Below, piece by piece: positions 13,864 to 25,800 of a DNA stretch of 35,517 bases. This DNA is from Perkinsus olseni (lineage: Eukaryota), in the NCBI GenBank assembly GCA_013115125.1, contig JABANN010000361.1, forward strand, positions 1 to 35,517. The letters run 5' to 3'. Every line of letters begins with the position of its first letter. Positions within the stretch are counted from its first letter, which is position 1. Under the pieces are notes generated by a model. The model was not told the DNA's origin. It saw only the letters and a list, made by a program, of their open reading frames with translations, and searched no databases. The position numbers were made by a program, and so were the translations under genes.

Positions 13864-16800
13864 TCATCTCTTATGCCTCCTGCGGTTGTTCTTCTTGCCG
13901 CCCTTCTTATTATTCTTCCTCCTCTCCAAAGGAGGGGAGTCCTCCCATGCAGCCTGGTCGCTATCGACGAATAGCCTCGTCAGGCGTTCCGCCAGCCCTT
14001 CTGCTGTATTTACTCCGCAGCGGCTCGCATTGTTTTCTGTCAGCACTTCTTCCGCGTCAACAAAACTCGACACCGTAACGTAACCATCACTCAGGAATGA
14101 GCCCTTGCGGCCGCCTCTCTCTTCTAGCTCTGAGGCTACCACGCTGTGGTTCTCGCTTTCATCGACACCTTCGTACAGCGCCGAGTCCACACCTTCATCA
14201 TTTGCCCCCGATCTTCCCTCAGACTCGGAACGCACAGGAACACCGTCAGGCACCTCTGCCATAGCAGTTGCGACGGCCTGCGCAGTCCCAGCGGCCTCTC
14301 GTCGGCCGCTGCTATCATCCTCCTGAGCGGCTGCTATCGCCATTGATTCTCCCGACTCCCCTATCATCGAGGCAGCACGGCCAGTTGGCTTGGCACAGTC
14401 ATGGCTTGTCGCGACTCTGGCGACCTGCTGCACCCCCGCAGCGCCAGCGCACTGACCAGAGTATTCATCGTTATCAAGTTCAGCTTCGAAGGCCATAAGC
14501 CTCCCCTCTAAGGCAGCTTGATCTATGTGTGCTGCGCCATAACACTCATCCTCGCTCCAACCACCACAAAGCCGCCAGTTCTCCTCGACGGCCGAGTCAG
14601 TGACCTCTTCAACGTAGTACGTAGGGTCCGCAACAACCGGCTGCCCACACTGGGAGGCCTCCGCTCGGCGATGCATCCCTGACGACATCGAGTCCTTAAG
14701 CTTATAGTAGTCCTTTTGGAACGCAACCACAATACCGCGCGCTGCTCGGCTCCTCGGCGTCAGAGCTTCCTCCCCCTCACGATGCAGAGAGTGGCTGCTG
14801 TACTGGGGGTATTCGAGAACAGGCTCCGGCCTGCTGCAGATGGACCCATAGTGACCAGCTTCAATGGCAGCGATCTCGGCCTGGGCACCAGCCGAGTACT
14901 GACCCCAGAGACGCTCGCGTAGCGGTACCAGATCAGTGCGTCTCGGCTGCAGTGCCATCGTGGTCGAAGGCGCCACCGGGGGCCACTGACTGCCTGGCGG
15001 AGTCCAACTCGCCCCAACTGACTGGCGATCACGGGAATTGGCCCAGGCCGCAGCTGGGAGTGCAGGGGTCGAACAAGGCCTGTAGGAGCTGGCGCTGGTG
15101 CTGGTACTGGGAATGACAGCTGGCCGGTCCTGGTCGAGCTGTAAACTATACTCGTGGCCGTCCGTGTCCTCAACATCATAAGTTATTCGCTTCACTGAGA
15201 TTCCTGGCAGCTCCAGGAGCCTCAGTAGTGCCTCCCGACGCTGAGCCGTCTGATCTACGGCCTCCTCGGTCTCCCGCCTGGCCTCATGCGAACGGTCATC
15301 TCGGTGATAGCGACTCTCAGACCTCCCCCTGGGCCTTCTGGAAGAACGCCGGTGCTCTGCTTCGTGTTTCCTGACCAGACCAGACTCAAACCTATCATCA
15401 GGTGGATGGCTCCTCCTATCCTGATCGCCGTCAGGGCTTCTCGCCCTCCGATGCCCGTCTGCGTCTCCCTGCGGCGCACTTCCGCCCTCCCTTCGGTGCC
15501 GTTCCTCATGCTCTCGACTATGGAGGAGGGGTTGGTCATGATGCTTCTCCCGGCTTCCGTGCTGATCATCGAAGCCACCTTGGCGGTCCTGTCGCTCATG
15601 GTGGCCTCGATGATTCTCACGGGCTTCACCACGCTCTCGGTTATCACTTCGATCTCGTTCTTGACGCTCGTCTCGGTCTCTTCGCCGCTCTCGATGCCGA
15701 TCTCGGTCCGTCCGCCGATCTTGACAGTACTCCCGGTCCGTCCGCCGGTCTCGCCGCTCATCTTGGTCCGTCCGCCGGTCTCGCCGCTCATCTCGGTCCG
15801 CCTGCCGGTCTCGCCGCTCATCTTGGTCCGTACGCCAGTCTCGCCGCTCATCTTGGTCCGTACGCCGGTCTCGATGTCGATCCCGAGTCCGGTCCCGATG
15901 TTGACGGCCATCGTGGTCCCGGTGTCCATCCCTCCGAACGCTCTGGTCCCGATGTCGTCGTCTGCTCTCTCGTCGTTCCCGGCCAAGCTCGGGTGTATCG
16001 TCCCTCCTTCTACCCTCGCCTACACCACGTTCGCCGTGGTCATTGTGGTGTCGAGGACTCCTCTGGCCTCGGCTGCCACGCCGATGGCTGCGATCCCGAT
16101 ATCTTTCACGATGCCCACGCTGACGCCTGTGATCATCACGCTCACGTTCATCGTCCCGTCGAGTCCACTCCTCTCGAGGACTCTCACCTCCGGCACCCCT
16201 TGGCACTCCCTCAGATGACGTGTGCTGGCCATTCCACGGGGACTCCATGACAGTGCTATCATCGACGCTGGGCCCCCCGCTAGAGGCCGTAAGACCGTGC
16301 CTAGCGGGGGCTGCGCCCCCAGACCCTCCGAAAGCGGCTGCCTGATGCTGCCCACTGCGTCCACCATGCGCGTGGGGTTCCCAGAGAGCTTGCTGGTGTG
16401 GCCCATGCTCCAGCCATGAGCTCGGTATCCGGTCGTAGGATCGGAATCCATCGCCAGCTTCGTTGTTCCCCATGTGAGAGTAGCAGTTCTGAGGGTCAGC
16501 ACTGTCTTGATCGTAACGGGAGTCGCCATGGGGGAAGCCAGCACCGCTATAGACCGGGTGGTAGCCCTGGCAATCCGCACCCTCTCGACCGTAGTACCGG
16601 GTATCAACGCAACCTCCGCTATAACGAAGGGCGCAGGACTGGGAGGCACTCGCGCCTCGCCATGGGTTGGTGTCGTAGCACCCGGCATCCTGTGAATCGT
16701 ACTGATGACCACCATCGTAGTTGGCGCCGAGGGGCTCAATACCGTACGCGGCCATCGACCCATAGGTCACCGAAGCAGCAGGCCCACTGTTGTGATCCAC

Positions 16801-17028
16801 ATTCGTCTGCTCGGTCTCCAGAGGCATCCGCGGAGCTTGCTGGCTATAATAAGGGTAGACGGGAGCAGGGCCGCCGGGGTACTGGGAAGGAGGGGGCCCC
16901 GGAGGAGGGTAGCAATTCCCGTGGTTAGATTTCCTGACTAGAAAGTGTTGACGTCGTAGGACTCTTGGACAGTGAACATCCAGTGGAGCGTATGACGGCC
17001 CTGCTGGTTGATTAGGAGGGGGCGCCAT
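13864..17028 (-). CDS. Long, apparently intronless low-complexity protein (about 1054 aa) with an R/D/E/H mixed-charge region
   Basis: Uninterrupted ORF 13864-17154 with its first ATG at 17028 (MAPPPNQ). It has a P/Y/G/Q-rich N-terminus, an R/D/E/H-rich middle, an acidic/Ala-rich C-terminal part and a basic tail KKGGKKNNRRRHKR. Confidence 0.75.
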   Translation of the reverse strand: MAPPPNQPAGPSYAPLDVHCPRVLRRQHFLVRKSNHGNCYPPPGPPPSQYPGGPAPVYPYYSQQAPRMPLETEQTNVDHNSGPAASVTYGSMAAYGIEPLGANYDGGHQYDSQDAGCYDTNPWRGASASQSCALRYSGGCVDTRYYGREGADCQGYHPVYSGAGFPHGDSRYDQDSADPQNCYSHMGNNEAGDGFRSYDRIPSSWLEHGPHQQALWEPHAHGGRSGQHQAAAFGGSGGAAPARHGLTASSGGPSVDDSTVMESPWNGQHTSSEGVPRGAGGESPREEWTRRDDERERDDHRRQRGHRERYRDRSHRRGSRGQRSPRHHNDHGERGVGEGRRRDDTPELGRERRESRRRHRDQSVRRDGHRDHDGRQHRDRTRDRHRDRRTDQDERRDWRTDQDERRDRQADRDERRDRRTDQDERRDRRTDREYCQDRRTDRDRHRERRRDRDERQERDRSDNRERGEARENHRGHHERQDRQGGFDDQHGSREKHHDQPLLHSREHEERHRREGGSAPQGDADGHRRARSPDGDQDRRSHPPDDRFESGLVRKHEAEHRRSSRRPRGRSESRYHRDDRSHEARRETEEAVDQTAQRREALLRLLELPGISVKRITYDVEDTDGHEYSLQLDQDRPAVIPSTSTSASSYRPCSTPALPAAAWANSRDRQSVGASWTPPGSQWPPVAPSTTMALQPRRTDLVPLRERLWGQYSAGAQAEIAAIEAGHYGSICSRPEPVLEYPQYSSHSLHREGEEALTPRSRAARGIVVAFQKDYYKLKDSMSSGMHRRAEASQCGQPVVADPTYYVEEVTDSAVEENWRLCGGWSEDECYGAAHIDQAALEGRLMAFEAELDNDEYSGQCAGAAGVQQVARVATSHDCAKPTGRAASMIGESGESMAIAAAQEDDSSGRREAAGTAQAVATAMAEVPDGVPVRSESEGRSGANDEGVDSALYEGVDESENHSVVASELEERGGRKGSFLSDGYVTVSSFVDAEEVLTENNASRCGVNTAEGLAERLTRLFVDSDQAAWEDSPPLERRKNNKKGGKKNNRRRHKR
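15675..15884. repeat. 30-bp coding minisatellite, about 7 copies (one degenerate)
   Basis: The unit ggtccgtccgccggtctcgccgctcatctt recurs at 15705, 15735, 15765, 15795, 15825 and 15855, with a degenerate copy at 15675. It encodes RRTDQDERRD on the - strand. Confidence 0.92.
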
Positions 17029-17577
17029 AAAGCAGGGCGCAAGAAACAAGCCTGAAGAGGGATGACTCCACTGGAGTCCAGTCCGACTGGTCACGAATCC
17101 GAGACACCTGCCCGGGCCTATCCTACTTGCGCCGAAATTTCGTATGTCGTGCACTGGGTCGATGTGGATGCCAGGAGGAAAGGAAGCCTCCCTGGTTGAA
17201 TATAACCCAGTCTACAAAACGCAAAAAATAACAATCTCCAACTGTGCACATCGGCAAGACTCTAACTAAGCCAGAACCGTAAGCGTTGGACTACTAGCTC
17301 ACACACACATGCCGGGACAAATTCACGAACAACCTCATGCATGAAGTCCCGCAGCTGACCTCGGCTGTCGGACGTGAAGCTCACAAGGAAGGTCGGGGAT
17401 ATTAGGCTAACTATTGACAAGGCGATAAGCACTATCAACCTATCGTTATGAAGGTCTCCACCGTTCGGTAGGCGTTCATTAATGTCATCCACACTGAGCT
17501 CTCATGAAGATCAACTTAACACGAAACGCGAAAGGGTGAGAATTGTTGTTACAGAAAAGACTGAGAACAGTTATTTT

Positions 17578-19765
17578 TCAGAACAAGTGTGACAGCTGCT
17601 TGAACATCTTGAACCGGAAGGGAGGGAAGTGCTCGCGGTTCGGCAGCTTAATCTCCTCAACCAAGTCGGGCGGTGGACCTGCGGTTCAAGAACATTGAAA
17701 AACGGGCGGAGCGAAGCTAGCCTACTGAGATCGTCGAGTACGGAGTTGTCCTCTTCCGGGTGGTCATCCATCTGCTCGAGATCTCGGAGCACATCCGCCA
17801 AAACAATGTTACCATCTACAAGGCAAGAGTCACTTCGCTACGACAAGACGGTATCGCGGGATGTATCGCCACGCGCTTCCGAAAGGTGGCAAAGACGTGC
17901 ATTTGGGACGAGCCCTCCCCCGAGGGTTGCTCACCATTTCTCGCATTAACTCTTCGCAGCTGGGCAAGCAGGAGCTCCCGGCGGACGGTGCGCTCGTCAG
18001 CCAGCCGCTCAGCCAGAGCACGGCGGGACCAGTAACGGTAGCTGACAGGAGCAGAAGGATGGGTGGATGCGCACGGGGGTGGGATTGCATACCTTTGCCA
18101 TTTTAGTCTGTACCCCGGCCTCGTCCTGGCTGATTCTACACCCAATGCACCGGCCCATCGCTCATCACCATCAGTAAACGAGAACTCCACCACGGTCTGA
18201 AGGCAGCAGCCAGCCACGTAGTGAAGAACCCGAGAGCGAGATCGCTTCCAAGCCTGGCACAAAGGTGTTAAAGAGTCCGCGATCTTCCGCCCGATTGTTG
18301 TTGACCAGCAAATAACCAGTTGACCGTCAAACCATGTTGAACAGGGGCGACGCAAAGGCCTGCCGCAGCTCACCTTGTCGCCCTCAGGGTAGTTCCACTT
18401 GCACTCTGCGACACTCTCGATGATTTTCTGCTGCTTACTCGAGGTCACTCCGATGAATCCACGATCAGGGTCATAGTCACGCAGCAACTGCCCACAGAAG
18501 CGGAACTATTTTCATGCTGGACGATAGGCCGTGACGCTAGCCCAGGGGACGACCTGGCCTACGTCTATGGCGGCCTTCACAGGCTTATTCGCTGCCCTTG
18601 CTATCTCCAAGTTCCTCACTACGGCGTCCGGTAGGCCTCTGAGCAGCAGGAGAGCACTGAACTATCAAGGGATGATGCCACCGCAGCTGAAGCCACCCGA
18701 GTGACCCGCTGACACCCTGTCACACAAGTTCACACAGTCAACCACACAGCTCGATGGGGTGCGCAAACGGAAGGACAGAGAACCAAGCGCCCTCCTTACG
18801 AATTTGAATGCTTCGATTGAAGCTGGGAGAGAGTAGGGATCTGGGCGGGCTCACAACGGAGCATGAGTAGTTTACCAGAAGGGAGGAACCTGAGGAACCC
18901 CTAGCTGACCCTCGATACCCGTTATGATGATGCACAGCGCTGTACCTCAATAACCGGTAATAGGTGACGACTAACCGCCTCCGGTTGTCGGTCAAGGAGG
19001 CTCCTTCCTGGATGCGCCTCGTGTACTGGCATTTCGATACGTAGATGCCATCGAAGCGGACGCCACTGCGGTACATGCACAACTGACGACCCTCGATTGG
19101 ATCCTCAGTCTCTGACGAGGATGACGCGATGCCTTATACCACTCCTTTCACGAATCGTACTCGAATACCGCATCCATACTGAACTCTGCCTTGACGCTGA
19201 ATAGAAGGCCGTGCACACTGTGCTGACTTTCTCCAGAGAGGGAATGTCAAGGAACCTGACCGAGCAGATTCTACCGAGCCCTCGATCATCACGGCGCACT
19301 TCAGACCCCCTTCCCCACCGACAGCTGAGTACTAACTACAGAGATCTTTCTATAACACTATCGCAGAGAAAGTCTGACTGTCATAAACACTACGTTGAGC
19401 GCCTCATACCATAACATCACCAAATCGACAATAGAAGAGGGACTTACGACAGAGGGCCCTGCAACATCTCGAAGGGTAGTTCCAGAATGCTATCAATACG
19501 TGTGCTCCTCATAGCCTGACCAGCCCCGGTAGTCGAGGAGCTTCGAGACCGGATCACAACACCGGTGATTCGTGGTGGCGACCTGGAAATAGATAACGGT
19601 CAAGGCGGATAACCCATGCCGAAACAAGACAGGGTTCCGCCAGTCTGCCACCTACACAGGCCCGCTAGAGGAGGACAGGTTGTTGCTCTCTTCCTCCTCC
19701 TCCTCTTCCTCCTCCTCCTCATCATCGTCATCATTCCAAGCAGTCTTTCGTCCCATAGATGACAT
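17578..19765 (-). CDS. F-box protein, FBXO9/Hrt3-like
   Basis: F-box core FLDIPSLEKVSTVCTAFYSASRQSSVW and the family motif VRFDGIYVSKCQYTR...VVTYYRLLR. The N-terminus is acidic and the spliced end reads LPNREHFPPFRFKMFKQLSHLF*. Confidence 0.8.
19688..19732. repeat. (TCC/TCA)n coding microsatellite encoding an Asp/Glu run
   Basis: ttcctcctcctcctcttcctcctcctcctcatcatcgtcatc lies in exon 1 of the F-box gene. Confidence 0.85.
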
Positions 19766-20107
19766 CACTGTGATCGCTCCGTCGAGTTAGATTTTGTAGA
19801 TTCGCAAAAGGAGAAACCCAGTCGGCCCGGAGAATGAGGCCATCAAAAGTCAACTGTTTCCACACTCTTGCCGTCAAGTACGCAGGATGCCACTACTGCG
19901 AGCTTCACACAGCAACGGAAAACAAGCCTTTGGCCGAGAAGAGGCGCACTTGAGAGTAGCTCGTGGCGATCGGTCTCTCAGAAGAAACCCTACGCGCTGC
20001 CGGGCATGATACCACCAAAACTGAACTCAAGCGACCGCTTCGTCACGTAGGGCGGAATTAGATGGCAAATCACTGGCCATAAGGCAACGTAGTAAATCGG
20101 GAAAGCT

Positions 20108-22629
20108 CTACTCGTCTATCGAGTAACTCCAACGGTGCACAGCATTATCGTAGAAAGAGCAGCTGACCACGCCACCATCCCTGGAAGCGGAGGTGATGCC
20201 GTATGCCATACTGTCATGACCGGTGTACCTGACACCAGACCTTGCCAACGCCGAGGAGGAAGCTGGCGTGGGAGTTGCCTACTCTCCTATTCGTTCAGCC
20301 TCTCTCCCCTCCAGCAGGTCCTCGAAACGCCAGACCTCGCAGCCACCATAGCAGCCAGCAATGAGGAGGTCCTTCCCGGTGAGAGAACGCTTCATCCTCC
20401 AAACACCGCCGATCTGAAGACGTCAGCGTGCGCCATGAACCCGGCCCGAGCCCTGCTCACCGCTGCTTGTCTCACTACGCATTGCATGGCAGTAGCATCA
20501 CACGCGGAGTCAGCTATACCGTATCTCAGGTCCCAGACGCGCACCTACGGACGAGCGATGTAGCCAGGGAAGGCCCGCTGAACGAAGGAGCTGGGACGTG
20601 GTGGGCGGAAAAGTAACGTCACCGACTAGAAGATCGATATGCTGACCGAATGACGGTCTTGAAGCAGAATAGTTAGTGACTATAGAAAGAGTCATGATAC
20701 AAATACCGCAATCTTCCCTTATCACGTTTTCATCGTAGCTGCCGGTGAGTATCCTGCGCCCGTCTTCAACGAACAAGTAGGCGGTGATACCAGCCTCATG
20801 TTCTCGACGGTCTGACAGCACCTAAAGCGTGAACAGCACAGTAAGAATATGTAGGTCAAGATGGATGAAGAGCGACGATTCAGGAGGCACCTGCGTGCCA
20901 CTGGTCAGATTGAACCCCCGCAATACCGGTCTGTCGGTGTTTGGTGTCCTCACATCCCACAGTTTCATGCGGCAGTCATCACCACCAGTGGCTAGCAAGC
21001 TTCCGTCGGGGGACATGCAACCTGATCAACGGGATAACGAGACCAGCAGGCTGCTGCAGCCCACTATCAGCCTACAGGTCCAGGACTCCATCTTAGGGTC
21101 ATGAGCTTGCCAACTATGCAGCACCTTCCCCTTGCAGCCGTCGACTAACGCCACCTCTCCTCCTGTCGCCATAGATGCTATCCTACGACCACCTACGACA
21201 TCAAGTTCTCTATACGAGACTAATCATCGCACGGCGCAATAGAGAGCACTTCTTCGTACCACACCTTACACTACTAACTACCCCACTTCGCTCTGAACTC
21301 TTAACGGATGTAGGTGATCAGAGCAGCTCGTGTTGGCAAGAACGCTAGACCCTAGTGATTCGGGAGGCTCGCGAGAATTTAGGTCGATGCTAGTAGAAGG
21401 TAGCCGGACCCCACGATTTTTCGCATCGGGTCCGCACTCAGCAAATAACGTTTTTTCTCGGGGACTTTCCGACGCCGAATACTGGCTGGTTTTCCACAGG
21501 CTTCCGATATAAAGTGACCGAAGTAAATCGGAGATGAAGCTGGTCGAACGAATCGACGAAGGATACGACCTCACCGTGGTTACCTTCAGAGACGTCCAGC
21601 CCGATAGCCACAGCCTTAGGGCCTTCACCGTCGAACACTGGAATCTTCGAGGTGCACTCAACCTTCCGTCCATCCTTCGCTACGGTAAAACTGATTTCAA
21701 CGACGAGCGGTATGCGCTACTCTGCACGCGTGCACACGTTGACCACAAAACCCTTCTCTTACAACTCGAGTCCACCCTCTGCGGTACAGGCTGCTAGCGA
21801 CGTTGAGCCTGTCCACCGCACGTCCAGTACCTAGGCTGAAGTCACGGAGGACCGACTCTGCGTAAAGAGGCGTACACCAGTGCAATCTGTTCCCGTCATC
21901 TCCGACAAGACCGTGCCATCGGCGGAATCAAGTATCATCAGACCTCCTTCTCGAGCACCAGTCGCCTCATCGAACTCATACATACCTACAGGGATCAGAC
22001 CATCACGGCAGTATTCATTTGTATTACCAAGCATGTATCATTATTGTGGTACAGTATTATCTCTCAGTGGGTGCAAATTCCATCCTTAATAGCAGGACAT
22101 CCTGTATGTAGTTACGATGGGGTTACTGTAATATCGATATAACGTAACCCAATGTACTATGTTGTTCAGTGGATAACCCCAGTTGATGGTTTGAGAATAT
22201 CCTCAACTACACGGTAGAGGAAAGTGTTCGGAAGAGCGCTTAGGGCTTGGCTGCTGTTAAGAGCGAGTTACTGCCGATGCCGAATAGCAATATTCACTCT
22301 TGCTTCACTCTAGAGGCTATCCCAGCCCTAGCGATGGATATAATCCCCTCGGGCACTATCACTGTCCCTAGTGACAACCTCATCGCTAACGTCATTATCG
22401 GCGCGTGTTCGAGCATTATCGAAGTTCTCGTTGCAGCAATCTCCCAGATAGGATATGAAGCTCCGCAAAACTCATTCATTGACATGCACTAACGGTGGCC
22501 CTCAGCAAGGAAGCGGCAGCCCCACTCTCTACTACCAACAGCCAATCTCTCCTGGTGCACCAAGTCTGCCTCCACCACATCCGGATGAAACGGTGCTGTC
22601 CGTTTCCACGACGTTGACGATAGAGGCAT
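20108..22629 (-). CDS. DPH7: Diphthine methylesterase DPH7 (WDR85), WD40 protein
   Basis: Contains HPDVVE...LAV|GMYEFDE, GVLDVRW, WQAHDPKMESW, LATGGDDCRMKLWDVR, HEAGIT, LTGSYDEN|VRVWDLR, GGVWRMK, GHDSMAYG and VSCSFYDNAVHRW, matching the DPH7 motif order. Confidence 0.88.
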
Positions 22630-22803
22630 GCAAGTAACACTTGAAAGGGACTGAGTACCGGGAACACCTTCGCTTGTGGTAAGGAGATCCCCAACGACGG
22701 ACTGAGACCGCCAATTTCCGTACCAAATATCACGACAGCCACTTCCACGAGGACTATAACACAACAACCATAGTGCACATGACGAACGACGTGACATGCG
22801 GTG

Positions 22804-25800
22804 TCATCGGAGCCTGCTCGACAGCGGCGCTTCCAAGAGCCTCTTCAGGACGCTCTCTTCGCCTGTTAGACGATCGCTCAATCTACAGGAAAGGCATGAT
22901 AATGAAGCAACGCGTGATTCCATTACCCGAATCCAACTCTGAGCATCTGAGCTTCCCCTTTACCATTAACAGCCGCCCACAACTGCCTTTGGGTCGGGTT
23001 ACTCGACAACGCTACGCAGCCTCCATCCATCGCTATGCTCACCACCGGTACTCGAGGACCGGGTTTCGAGAGGTCATAGAAGAGTACCCCACCAGTACCA
23101 CTACGACTAGCCATGAGAGCTACCCCAAGAACCGCGGGACGGCTGCAGGACCAGCTGAGTGCAGTGACGGCTGGGCTGTCCTCTGCCGAAGCCTCGATGG
23201 ATGGACACAGCGTCAGTACCGCCGTGCCGACCACACCCTAAGACATGCATCAGAGATGGGCGTAACGTGTTGGACATCCCCCCCACTGACGACGAGAAGG
23301 AAGACCTCAGCGTAGGTCACAGGGAGTCCATGACTGAGCCGGTTACCGTACCCACGTTGAAGATCATAACCTTGCCGTCAGCTCCCCCAGTAGCATAGGC
23401 CCTCGATATGAATGGTGAGAATGCTACAGCTGTCACTGGCGTGGATGGTGTGTGGCCTTGACAAGTCGCCGACTTGGCTGGCGGTGGGTAGACGAGAGAG
23501 CATGGTGGCTGAGACCTGACAGAACCTACTTCTCAATAATACTGGGTTTCCACTCCGCACGTGTGAGCATCACGTTCAAGATAGGACACCTTTCCACGAT
23601 TCCTCGTCCGACACTATCCTCCGCTACATATGACACGAACAATCAGTCAGATTCGCCATAGCGTCTCCACCCGACCGTTTCCACCGCATCGGTGCTTTCT
23701 CGCGCGAGAGACTCCCTGCCCCAGGACACCCCCTCCCCCAACGGCAGACTCGCCGTATCAGTCAAAGTAGCAGCCGAGTGAGTTGAACCCACCCGTAGAT
23801 GATCTCCGTCGTGACCTGGTTGATGCCTTGCACCGCACAGTAAGCCTCGACATGCATGATCAGCTTCTGTTGAGCCTCCTCTGGCACCCCTCGTAATACT
23901 CCGAGAGCATCTCCTTTCCACGTACACCTAACTGGCAGTATCAGGATGATCTGGAACAGGGACTCTTACGTTGAACTTATATGCAACTGCTCTCCCGAAA
24001 GCACGTCACTCAGCCTCAGAGGGATCCCTGCAGCAGCGGTCCCAGGTTCGATCCCGGCACCCGACACCTACTAGCCACACTCCCAGCCTCTCCACCAAGG
24101 ATGCAATGCGTCACAGCAGCATTATCAGCAACAGGCGCGCCCACGCTGCGGCATCCTGAAGACCCGTGGCTCTCTCGCCCCTGGTCCTATCCCTACCGTC
24201 ATAGTGAGCGCGTTCACAACTCCTCCAGCCCTCTCCCGACCGTCCTACCTTCTAACATGCCGTCGCGATTCAGCCACTTGTTCGCCTTTTTCCTCGGTAT
24301 CGTAAACCCTGTGAGAGGTGTAGGCCGAGAGCGACCAGTTTCCCGGATAAAAGGGTCCCATAGCAGGCACTTGCCGTCCGTACTCGACGCACAGAGGAGC
24401 ATCTCCGAGTCTGATATCCTGCGAGAGCAGACCTGCCCCTGTTCATAGCCCAGCTAGTACGATGCCGGTGTCACACCGGCCCAAGCCAGTGTGAGGAAGA
24501 GTACTACCCCTGGGCGTCTAGACGGCGAGGGAGCCACTGTAGACTGTAGACCCCCTCCCCATGAGCGTACTGCTGGTCAGCAATGGTGCGGAAAACCTAA
24601 AACCACGGTCAGCATTCGGCTATAAGAAGCAGTAAGTCACTGCACACGGGAACTGAACAATTCTCTATCATCGTCCGCCATCTGCGGCACGGGGCTCTGA
24701 CTTTTTCGGGAGCTTTTCAATAGCTGCAGACGGCAGAACAAAACGTTGCAGATTTACCAAAGCATCCGAAATGGAGTCGGTGTTTCCTCTCTCCCCCTGC
24801 TGGTCCCGCCTACCATCACCGCACCTGATAGCCCCGACCAAGGGAACAAGTATCCTCCTTCACACGACGTACTACTACCGGTCCAGGTCCCACACGTATA
24901 TCTGCCCATAGTTAGTACCAGCAGCCACTACAGAGGGTCGGTGCGGATGGAACGCTACTGAGGTCGCCTGATTGGTGGCCATACCCATCGCCATAAGATG
25001 CTCCGGAACAGATTTTAACAACTGCAGTAACCCCGCAGTGGAACGAGCTCGTGAGCCGTACTGCAGTTGTCGGTTGCTCACTCTAATGAAAGTGTCATTG
25101 CTCGCCATGATGAGAGTGTTCGAGATTCGCTCGATCAATTCTATAGCGAACCCCTAGACCCTCAGAGTGCCACAGGTCTGCTGTTGGTAAGGATGTATGC
25201 TCCAATAAGGAAGCCAGCCCCAGTATGCTACACTGCCGAATATCTCCAACTCTCTTGAAGGCCCCAATGCTGCTCCCAGTGGTGTTGATTCGTCCGCTAC
25301 ATCGTGCCGGAAGGGCCGCCACACCACAACATGATGCTGATCATAAGTTCAACCACTGCTTCGCTCCGCCGATCGATTACTGTATCCCTGCCTAACCCCC
25401 AGCCGTGCTGGTTTGGTTGACCAATTCCTCCAGCCAGAATCAAGCCGTTACCCGACCAACACACACAAGTGCCTGAGGACGCGTCAGCGACACGCAGCAG
25501 ATAACAGGACACCCCAATGCCGCCATCCCCCTCACTAATGACGGTTCCGCCCTAGCTGAACCCCTCGGGCTCTGATTGCCCTCAACGTTGAACAAGGCCG
25601 TCGTCACTCACATTTGACATCGCCCTCTCCAGCCACGGCTTCCCTCGATATACTGTTGCTGAACCGCCTGGCTACTTCTACAGACTCTTTCCCATAGTCC
25701 AGCTCAGGTACGCCTCCCGTCGAGAAGGAATCCGCCTACCCAACTCTCAAAATGCGCACAGCAAAGACTTTACGCGGACGAAAGATGCTACCGGGGACTC

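Noticed and set aside
15675..15884. Regular 30-bp repeats as a CRISPR array
   Set aside because: Head-to-tail repeats with no spacers, in frame in a CDS, in eukaryotic DNA with no cas genes.
15255..16763. Long overlapping ORFs in other frames and on the opposite strand
   Set aside because: Explained by GC-rich, stop-poor, repetitive codons of the main 13864-17028 ORF.
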